Assembly: GCA_010356995.1 (NCBI GenBank)
Contig: ML996708.1
Location: 62,001 to 126,000, forward strand
Direction: 5' to 3'
Source: Trichodelitschia bisporula
Taxonomy: Eukaryota
Length of the DNA stretch: 64,000 nucleotides
The translations under genes and the position numbers were made by a program. Within the stretch, counting starts at the first letter, position 1, and each line of letters starts with the position of its first letter. Under the pieces are notes generated by a model, which had not been told where the DNA came from, made no database searches, and saw only the letters and a program-made list of their open reading frames with translations. Shown piece by piece: positions 36,366 through 45,768 of the stretch.

Positions 36366-38659
36366 ATGGGCAACAACTCCACCAAGGAAGCGCGCTCGCA
36401 GCACTACGCCACCCAGGCACAGGCCCAGCAAGCCTCGGCCACCGTTCCGCCAGCTTCCGCCCTCCGGCCCGGCGCCTCGCAACACCGCCGTCCGTCGCCA
36501 TCAGATACGTCCCGCGCGGCGCGGAGTCGCCATCCGGGTCGTCACGAGCTCTCGATCTTTGGACTGGGGAGCCATAACGATGCGGATCCTGCTGCGCCCG
36601 AGGCTCGCCGCGAGACGCGCGCGGAGCGGGATGCACGGAGGCTGGAGCGGGAGCGGGAACAGCGCAAGAAGGATCGGGAAAGGAGTATTCAGGAAGAGAA
36701 TGTTGATGGAGGATACTTGGTTACGCTGGGGACGTACACGGGTACTGAGGATTTTAGCAAGCCTGTTGTGCGCCAGTTGATGGTATGCTGACCCTGCTCG
36801 GATGTGAGCGGTGCTGACCGTTTAGATTGAACGCCGCCTGGCACCGTTCTGGAAGGGTCTCAACGATCACGATGAGTCGTGGTCCGAAGCCAAGTTCATT
36901 GCTACTGTGCGGGGCATTTCTGAGTCTGCCGCCGAAGATGTGCTCAAGGAGTACCGGGCAAAGTCGAAACCCACCGACAGCAGCCCGCGGGGTTCGGACA
37001 CCAATCTCACGCATCTCACGGTACCTATCTCCTCGCGCTCGCCTTCCGTAAATTCCGACGTGTCCGCTCGCTCGCCGTCCCAAGCTGCCCTTTCCCTTCC
37101 CTCGCCTCCGTCGCCTTTTGGATCTCCACCATCACAGTCATCATCGCCCTTCTTCCGCGGCCGCGCGAAGACACTCGCCGCACTGACCACGTCATCGCGT
37201 AACAGTTCACAAGTTGACATGATGCCGCAGGAAATCCAACTACCGCGCGAGCCCTACGTGCACGGACACCCGCTCGAGGTGTTCCTTTACAAGGACGCTA
37301 CCGAGTGTCCCATCTGCTTCCTCTCCTACCCGCCCTACCTGAACAAAACACGCTGTTGCGACCAGCCCATCTGCTCCGAGTGCTTCGTCCAGATCAAGCG
37401 ACCAGACCCACACCCACCGGAGCACGCCGATCCGACCGATCCCCACGCCCCGCCGCCCGAGCCTCCGTCCGGCGCAGAGGACTTCATGCTCGTGTCCGAG
37501 CCCGCAACATGCCCCTTCTGCAAACAGCCCGAATTCGGAATAACATACGACGCGCCGCCCTTCCGCCGCGGGCTCATATACGCAGCATCCGTCAACGGCC
37601 ACCCCCTCGCCACCGTCACCTCCGCCATGTCGTCAAGCAGTTCACTCAACAGCCAGAACCTCGCGCCGCCCGCCGCGACCAACCGGCGGCGCACGACGTC
37701 GCTAGGCGCGAATTCACCGTCGGTTATTACGACGGATAAGATCCGGCCTGATTGGGCGAAGAAGTTGTCTGATGCGCGTGCTCATGCTCTGCGGAGGGCG
37801 GCGGCTGCGACAGCGCTGCATAATGCGGCGTATGTGCTCGGCGGTGCCGGGGAGGTGGGTGGGCGCTTTACGCTGGGTCGGAGAAGGCGCACGCTGTTTG
37901 GGGGTGAGAGCGCGGATTCGCCGGCGCTGGGGCAGGTGGGTGCGTTGCTTGCGGCGGCGGAGCGGTACGGGGCTGCGGCGCCGGGGCCGGGGAGTAGTGC
38001 AAGGGCTGCTGCTGCGGCGGCGGCGGCGGCTGGAAACTCGGGGGGTGCGGAGGGGGGCGGGGATTTATTCCCTGGGAGGCATAGTAGCCGCAGGAGCAGG
38101 ATGGAGGATTTGGAGGAGATTATGATGATGGAGGCGATTAGGCAGAGTTTGGCGGCGGAGGAGGAGAGGAAGAGGAGGGAGGAGAAGGTGGCTGCTAAGG
38201 AGGCGAAGAGGGAGGAGAAGAGGGGGGAGAAGGCTAGGGTTAAGGAGGCGAAGAGGGCTAGGAGGGAGGGGAGTGCGGGGGAGGGGGCGAGTGTGGTGGG
38301 GGGGGGGGGGTGGGGGGGTGGGGAAGGGGAAGGAGGTTGTTAGGGGGGAGAGGCATCGTGGCACGCTGAGGGGGCTGGAGGGGGCGGGGGGTTCGAGTGT
38401 TGAGAGTGTTAATTTGGGGGGGAGTGGTGAGGGGGGTGCGCCGGTGGAGGGCGATGGGGGATTGGGCGTGCCGAGTGTGGTGACGCCGGGGCTTTCGGCT
38501 GGGGCGAGCGCGAGTTCGTCGGAGACGCCGACGCCGGGGACGGAGCCGCTGTTTAACTTTGGGAGTTTGGCGGCGGTTGTTGGGGCTGAGGGGGTGAGCG
38601 TTGAAGGGAAGGGGATGGGGGAGGGAGAGGGGGCGGGGGCGGCTGAGGCGGCGAAGTAG
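36366..38659 (+). CDS. SIP5: SIP5 (Snf1/Reg1-interacting protein), with apparent frameshift in a G-run near 38300
   Basis: MGN N-terminus, VDGGYL and RQLM^IERRLAPF (intron 36783-36825). RING-like ECPICFL...[11 protein letters not shown]...CPFC and MEAIRQSL. The C-terminal GKGKE...[11 protein letters not shown] lies in another frame (38273-38659). Confidence 0.88.
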
Positions 38660-39087
38660 TAACTTCGTGGTTATCGAAGAGATGCATGTCATGGAGGGAC
38701 TGAAGGGATGAGACTTATGAATGGCTCGGGCGGGAGATACGGATGTTTACGCGATACGTGGTGGCGGTTCGGACCGGATGGGATGGCTTCTTACTTCGGC
38801 TGTTTTCTTCGGCTGTGGGATGGTTTTCATGGGGAATGATGAGGAGTTTGGGGGGTCGGTCATGGGGGTGTTGAGCGATTTATGTATGGGCTGTAGATTG
38901 TATGGTTTGCTACTCTTCTTCAATGCCGCTGCGGACATGTATTGAGGTCAAGTCGGAGATGTGCCACGCGCGTTTTATGCCGGGTAAACATCTCCTCTTG
39001 TCAAGGGATGACAGCGGGCGATTCGTCCTCCCAGACCTTGCAGTGGACGGACAAGAAGCAACCCAAGCCCTCTATCCCAACAAGCAC

Positions 39088-39173
39088 GGGCGTGTGGTCT
39101 AGGGGTATGATTTTCGCTTCGCATGAAATGCGGAACCTGTGAAAGGTCGAGGGTTCAATTCCCTCCGCGTCCA
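39088..39173 (+). tRNA. tRNA-Ala(CGC) with a 14-nt intron
   Basis: Acceptor stem GGGCGTG/CGCGTCC with G3:U70 and discriminator A. Anticodon CGC at 39120-39122. Intron 39124-39137 after position 37. T-arm GAGGG-TTCAATT-CCCTC. T6 Pol III terminator at 39176-39181. Confidence 0.95.
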
Positions 39174-39583
39174 ACTTTTTTGCCCTTTCCATCTCATCGT
39201 GTCCGTCAGGACATCATTCCTCTTTTTGTAGGGGAATTGAGGACGTATGTTCAGTAGCTGTGGTACATGCATTGTGGGTGTACGAACTACTGCAGGTGAG
39301 CGACATCACGCCCTACAGCTATTGTACTCCGGAGTATGTAGGTAGGTATGCACTACGACGCCCTTATGCATACGGGTTAGGTTGACATCTGATGACCCCG
39401 CGGCTCGTGATACAGCCTACGGACATAACCCCTCTTCCTTACTACCATATATCCCCCCCTCCAACGTCACTCACTCCTCGCTCCTCCTGATATCCCATCT
39501 CCACTCACCTTCCACATCCCATCTCCCCATCTCCCCTCACCCCGTATCCAAACCCCTCACCCTGCATCGAAGCCCCGCACAAA

Positions 39584-40925
39584 ATGCCCCGCCCAAACAC
39601 CTCCTCCCCCCCACGCTCAATCCTCCTCGTAGGTTCGGGCGTCTTCGGCCTCAGCACCGCCGCCACCCTCGCCGCCGACCCTTTCTACGAACACACATCC
39701 ATAACGGTCGTCGACCGAAGTACCTTCCCCGCTGCGGATGGCGCTTCCGTAATCCCCCCCCCCCCCCCCCCCCCCCCCCCCTTCCCCGCTATCACCACCT
39801 AACTCACGCCCACCCGCCCGCCCTTAGATTGATTACTCCCGCTACATCCGCGCCGACTACCCCCAACCCCTCTACGCCTCTCTCGCACTCAAGGCGCTGG
39901 AGACATGGCGCACGCTGCCAGAGGGGATCTTTCATAATACGGGGCTGCACCTGTCCGCTCCCGCCAGCAGTGATGCGTACTTGAGGAGGTCGCTGGCGAA
40001 CATCCGCGCCCTCAGTCCCGATGCGTTGAGTGGGGTGGAGATGAAAGAGGAGGGGCAGGGGGGACGGTATACCAATGCCGAGGCGGGGTGGGTCGATGCC
40101 AGGGGGGCGATGGAGTGGTTGAGAGAGAGGGTGGAGGGGACGGGGAGGGTGAAGTTCGTCGTGGGGAGGGTTGTGCGGTTGGCGTTCGCGGGCGACACCG
40201 TACGCGGCGCGCAGCTTGAGAGCGGAGACATACTGGAAGCAGACGTCACGATTTTGGCGGCCGGCGCGTGGTCCCCCTCCCTCCTCGACCTCGCAGACCG
40301 CGTACGCGCAAGCGGACAAGTCCTGGCCTATATTGCAGTCGAGGGCGCGGAGCGGGAAGAGGTTGTGAGGAAGGGCTGCGTCATGGACGTCGGCTCCTGG
40401 ATCTTCTCCACGCCCCCTCCCCCCTCCGGCCCCGGGTTCCTCAAAATCGGCCGCCACGGGCACGGATACACCAACCCCACAACCATCCCGCACCCGGAGT
40501 CTCCATCCCAAACCCTCAGCGTCAGCCTCCCGCATACCAGCCCTCACACCCCCCACGCCAGCACGCCCATCCCCGCCGAAGCTCACCACGAACTGAGGGC
40601 CTTCCTCGCCCAAGCCTACCCCTCCCTAGCGGACAGGAAATGGTCCTTCACACGCCTATGCTGGTACGCAGACACGCCCACCGGCGACTTCCTGGTCGAT
40701 TGGCATCCGCGCTACGCAGGGCTGTTCGTGGCGACGGGGGGGAGTGGGCATGGGTTTAAGTTTTTGCCTGTGCTGGGCAGAGCCGTGGTGGATTGTATGA
40801 GGGGGGAAGGGGGGGAGGTAGGTGAGGTTTGGAGGTGGAGGGAGGAGGCTGTTCCCGGCGTGTGGGAGCATGAGGGGGAGAGGGGGGGCGTGAGCGGGAT
40901 GGTGCTTGGGGAGGAGATGGGGTGA
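39584..40925 (+). CDS. FAD-dependent sarcosine/L-pipecolate/fructosyl-amino-acid oxidase family protein
   Basis: Motifs GSGVFG, DGAS^IDYSRYIRADY, AAGAWS, RLCWYADTPTGDF and TGGSGHGFKFLPVLG. Intron 39749-39827 contains a C28 run. Confidence 0.92.
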
Positions 40926-41391
40926 GGGAGGGAGAAGCTTTGATGGGATGACGCTGGCGATGCATTGATATCAAAGAGTCCGCTGCCGCAGCAAGTGGTA
41001 CGAGACGAACGCGCTAGAACATTCAAGTTGGCAATCCTTGGAACAATGAAGCAGGCACCAAGTCACATCAGGCACCGTTATAAAAAGAAAGATCAACTAC
41101 CGAAGCAGCTAATCCACATTACTTCAGACGGCGGACTTCCACAAAGCGGGTCCATAATCTGTCGCAGCACCTCACGCCTTGTCGCCACACACCCCATACA
41201 TCCATCCATCTAGCCATGATCCACTCAAGTTCCATCCATTCCGTAAACACTCGGTACGCCAGTCCATGCAATGCAATGTCGCCAGGTAACATAATCACAA
41301 GGTAGGTGAGAGTAGCACCACGCTCTCATCCCACCAAGAGTACATCCGCCACACGGTGCCTCGTGAAGTGTGTAGCGTCGATGACGTCCGT

Positions 41392-42344
41392 CTAAGACTT
41401 GCGGAAGTCTACAATGTCAGCACCGCTTCCTTAAAGCATGGACAGTATCGCTTACCGTTCAGAACCGGGTAGATCAGCTCAAAGGCCTGGTAGATCTCCT
41501 CACGAACTTTCGCGCCAGTCAGGACAATCTTGCCGCTGACGAAGATGAGAAGGACGATCTTCGGCTTCATCATGCGATAGATGAGACCAGGGAAGAGCTC
41601 GGGCTCATAGCTGGAGAAAGTGTGATGCTTGGAAGCCAGGCCCTCAAGACGAATCGGGAACTTGATGTCACACGAGCCAACGATGTTCTGGATCTTGAAG
41701 TCGGTGAACTTGGCGTTGAAACCAAGCTTCTGGATGATGCGGGCGTACTTGCGCGAGGCAAGCTTCGAGTCGTCCTCGGACTTGGCACCGGTGACAACCA
41801 TCTTGCCAGACGCGAAGATGAGAGCAGTCGTCTTAGGGTCGCGGATACGCATGATGACAGCCGCAAAACGCTGTGTTGTCAGCAATCAGACGCCCATGAC
41901 GGCAATCAGCGTACCTTGGGGTTGTACTCGGCATTACGAGCGTGAAGCGCAATGGTCTTCAGGTCGAGACGGCAGTCAAGGTTCACGGTAGCGACAAGAT
42001 TCCTTGAAACCCGTTAAGCACATAGGTTCGCCGTGTATGCGCGACAGTGCAAACTTACTGCAGCGTCGGAACGATACCGCTGACCGACTGGGCCGACCCA
42101 GGAGTCGCAGCAGGAGTGGCTGGAGCAACGGCGTTGGCTGTGCCAATGTTAGCCTTATCGCAACAAACTCTCTCCCTCAGTGTCGCGCACCAGCCTGCAT
42201 CTGACCATCCTTCTCGGACGGAGGCGTAACCTCAGCCGCGCCACCGGGGTAGGACAGAGAGTGAGGCGCCGTAAAGGCTTTCGCCTGCGCAGCGGTGGAC
42301 GGGTGAGTGGTGAGAGTGAGTCCCTCCATGTTGATCGCAGCCAT
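41392..42344 (-). CDS. SPT15: TATA-binding protein
   Basis: Multi-exon gene reading SGIVPTLQ^[29 protein letters not shown]^[23 protein letters not shown]...[13 protein letters not shown]...DFRKS*. In-frame ATGs at 42344 and 42329. Confidence 0.97.
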
Positions 42345-44888
42345 GTTCTGGTGTCTTGTTCAGAGAGTCGAAGAGGACTACCGCTTCCGAAAGGTCAATC
42401 TGCCAGGAGAGGGTTCGTTAGAATCAGGGTTCTCTTCAGGTGGCAACGATGAGGGTCCGATTCAGAGTCAACGACGAAAACGACGATGTGCGTTGTCGGT
42501 CGAAGGCAATCAATCGGGTGACCAGTATCGCGCGCTTCGTAACTGGGTCCGCGTACCGTGCAGTGGGAGATGAACAAGTGAATGTCTCCCTCACAGCCGT
42601 TGCCCGAGAAATTGGTATGGAAACGGCAAGTGCGCGACGCAACACCTCGAGTATGCGCTCTTCAGAGATGAACTTCGCGACAACGATGAATGGTATGACG
42701 AGATTTCTTTGGAATTGAATTCGGTGTGCGCGCGATGGCAGCTGCACGACCCGATCGCTCGAAGACTATTGTTGGTATCCACGGACTGCTAATGACCGGC
42801 GACGACAATAGCAGAAAGAACGTGTGGTACGAGATTGGGATTTGCTTGTCGGCTTACACAGAAGAATTCTGTCGAAAGGGAATGGCTTGCACGTCGTAAA
42901 CACGCGCGCGACTACTGAAGTGGAGTCGACAGGACCTCCTGCTCTGGCTGTCGTCGGGTCCGCAAACGTCCTGCGCTTTTGGCAGAGAGAAGCTCTTTTT
43001 CGTTTTCAAAAATCAGCGATTACTGCAGTGAAGCAGTGCTCTCTGAATGCGACGAATTTCGGAAGAGGAGGTTATGTGGGGGGGATGGGAGAATCGGCAG
43101 AGTGGTGGGTGTGGGGGTTGTTTGTGGTTGTCGGAACAGCCAGGCTTTTTGAGGAGGGGGAGCGAGAGAAATTGGAACGGCGGGACTCCCTGGCTATTTA
43201 TCTTCCGTGACTCACCCCATTCACCAGCCGCCGCACGGACCGCCCCTCGCCCCCCCCGCGCCTCCTGAACCCACCCGGTGAATGTGCCAAGCCGACGCTA
43301 ACACTCCCACTAACCAATTGCGGCAGCTTCGAGCCTCTTCGATCGAATCGAACACGCACGCTATTCGACAAAGCTGACAGGGACTCCCTGTGTCTCCCTG
43401 GTCACTCCCTCCCAGGCTGCAACACAACCCATCAACCCGGCAAAGTGCGAACTGGGAACCGTGTCCTTTACGTGTGTGTGTGCGAGAGACGAAGCAAATG
43501 AGGGCAAAAAGCGTAGGGAAGAGGTTGAAGAGAGAGGGCATGAAGAAGGGCTGCGCAAGACGAACGCGACGAAACGGAAGAGTGCGTTCATCTCATTTAT
43601 CTACTGCGCATCTTTTATGTACCGGTATGCTGTACTCAGCCTTGTCTCCCCCGGTCGCATCCATCATCCCCGCTTCTTTATCGCGCCCCCGCCGCCCTGC
43701 TTTTTGGGCCTCAAAACGTGTGTCTCACGTCAGGCCCTCCCTCTGGTCAATTTTGCGCAGGCTCGCAGTGAGCGACTCATCGCGCTTCGCACCACTGGCA
43801 CAGGTTAAATAGTCCCGCCACCCTCTGTCCGTGACTGCTTTTGAAAGGGTACCGTAGCTGCTACGTGAGCTTTGACATGTCCTTTTTTTCAAGGGGCTCG
43901 ACTGCAGCGATGACTGAGGGTCGTTTCGACCGCCTTCAGTGCTTCCTTTCAACCTTTGCCGCGCGCAAACTCAAAGTACGTATGTCAGTGACGACGACAG
44001 CCAACATCAAAATAAAAATTGTGTGATCCGACAGGCCATTTTCGCCTCACAAATGCAAACTACACGTGACGGCGCCACGCAGCGGATTACAGTCGCCGGA
44101 CTGGGGTACCGATGGTTCGATTGCCGACTCGATGGAGTGTCGGTTGAAAGTCACTACCGTGATCTTCACCGCTGAAGGGTTTTCGTTACTTCATCAGCGC
44201 GAGGCTCGGACGGCGTCGCCAACGCTGCAACTTACCGAAGAAGTCACTTTTTGCCCTTTCCGCATAACCGGAGGCAAGATCGGTCATTCCGCAGTCTCCG
44301 CGCCTCGGCAGGCGTCTTCCGATCGCCACGGCATCTGCACTCGGGGGTGCCGTCAAACGCACAGTAACAAACACTGCATGCCAGCATCGTGATTCGACAT
44401 CTCGAACCACACCCCGGTGAACCACTCACCAGCTCCCAAATAGCCCTCCTAAATCCGCCCAATTTGTTGCCATGGCGCTGACAATTGATCGCCGCCAGGT
44501 CCTGGGTTGGCCGCTGGCGGGCACGCGAGTGACAAGCACCCGGCGACTGTAGCCTGCAACCCGGACGTCGGCTTGCAGCGTCAAAACTTGATGGCCGGCA
44601 ATCGGAGTGCATCGAGAGGCTTGGCGGGCAAGCTTGCCTTTCATCGTGCAGCGGCCTTTTTATCCTTTACTGGCGGAGCCGCGGGGCTGGGTGACCCCGC
44701 CATACGTCATCGGAACGTCTTTGCCGTAGCGTGAGGGAGGGATTGGTGCTGTTTACTGTGTGGTACGCTGGAGGCTACCGGGACTGGTACGCAACGTTCC
44801 AACGTAGTGTCTTTGTAGTTGGGCTCCGCTCAGGTTGTACCATCGTACCTCCGCGATATTTGTCCCCTCAATGCAGCCGAGTACGCGG

Positions 44889-45102
44889 TGGAAGGAAAGT
44901 GTCATACATAGCCCCCTCTATACTGCAGGGCCTACAGGTCAACGATGCCTATACGGCCCCAACAACGGATAGAGGTATACAAACTCGGTCTGGGGATGCA
45001 TCTTAATGCTGGGACTACACCTAACAAGTCCATTATATATCTTTGCGTTGTTGCAAGCTGATATCCTTTCCCGGGCTCAGAGTGTATGACCCTTTCCTTC
45101 CA
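44889..45102. repeat. 20-bp inverted repeat (19/20 identity) with ~175-bp spacer
   Basis: TGGAAGGAAAGTGTCATACA (44889-44908) pairs with TGTATGACCCTTTCCTTCCA (45083-45102). Confidence 0.85.
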
Positions 45103-45405
45103 ACAGCGTGCGGGTTAGGGTTTCCCTTGAGGCTTTGGCCCCGATCGCGGTACCTCCTGGTACCTGGACGATACATCAACTACGGTACCGTACAGAGGTA
45201 CATACTGGATGATGCATCATTGACGGTACAGCGGTACTACGTACTGGGTGGTTCATGAATCACACTACACAGTCACTGGCCAACCGAACGCCGTATCCCA
45301 CTCAGATCAAAGACCGTACCAACGTACCAATATGTGTAAATCTCTCAACACGGCACAGTAAACCATGACTCAAAGATAAGAGAAGTTTAACTTACGGAGT
45401 CCGTG

Positions 45406-45485
45406 AAGGGCCAGCCATCGCAAGGGTCCAGCCTACGATGAGTCCGACGTCGGTAAGGGTCCAGCCGACGATGTCGGACGTCGGC
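45406..45485. repeat. Degenerate tandem repeat (2 copies of ~32 bp plus a partial copy) containing the palindrome CCGACGTCGG
   Basis: AAGGG(T)CCAGCC starts at 45406, 45422 and 45455. Confidence 0.8.
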
Positions 45486-45567
45486 AAACGTTCCGCCTAC
45501 GTGATACAGCAGCCTTTGCAAAGTACATAAACCCCCATCCCCTCCCCCCTCTCTCCCTTTCTCTTCC

Positions 45568-45768
45568 TCACGGCGTGTGCGTGAAAATGTGCGGGCGTCT
45601 GAAGGGCGGTGGACTGTCAGTCCTTCCAGGGGGTTGGTGTGCCAGTGTGAGTATCGACGCTGTTCGAACAGAACACCGTCTACACTTTCACGGGAACACC
45701 AACCCCCTGGAAGGACTGTCGGTCTTCCGCCCTTCAGATGCCAGCGCACCTTCACGCCCACGCCATGA
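45568..45768. ncRNA. Long ungapped hairpin (98-bp arms, 5-nt loop); candidate microRNA-like RNA precursor or foldback element
   Basis: Position i pairs with 91336-i throughout. Manual count on the + strand gives 80 Watson-Crick pairs, 5 G:U pairs and 13 mismatches. Perfect 23-bp core at 45618-45640/45696-45718. The hairpin is certain; its function is inferred. Confidence 0.6.

Noticed and set aside
45406..45485. Repeat-spacer appearance suggesting CRISPR
   Set aside because: Eukaryotic context, only 2-3 degenerate adjacent units, no unique spacers and no cas genes.
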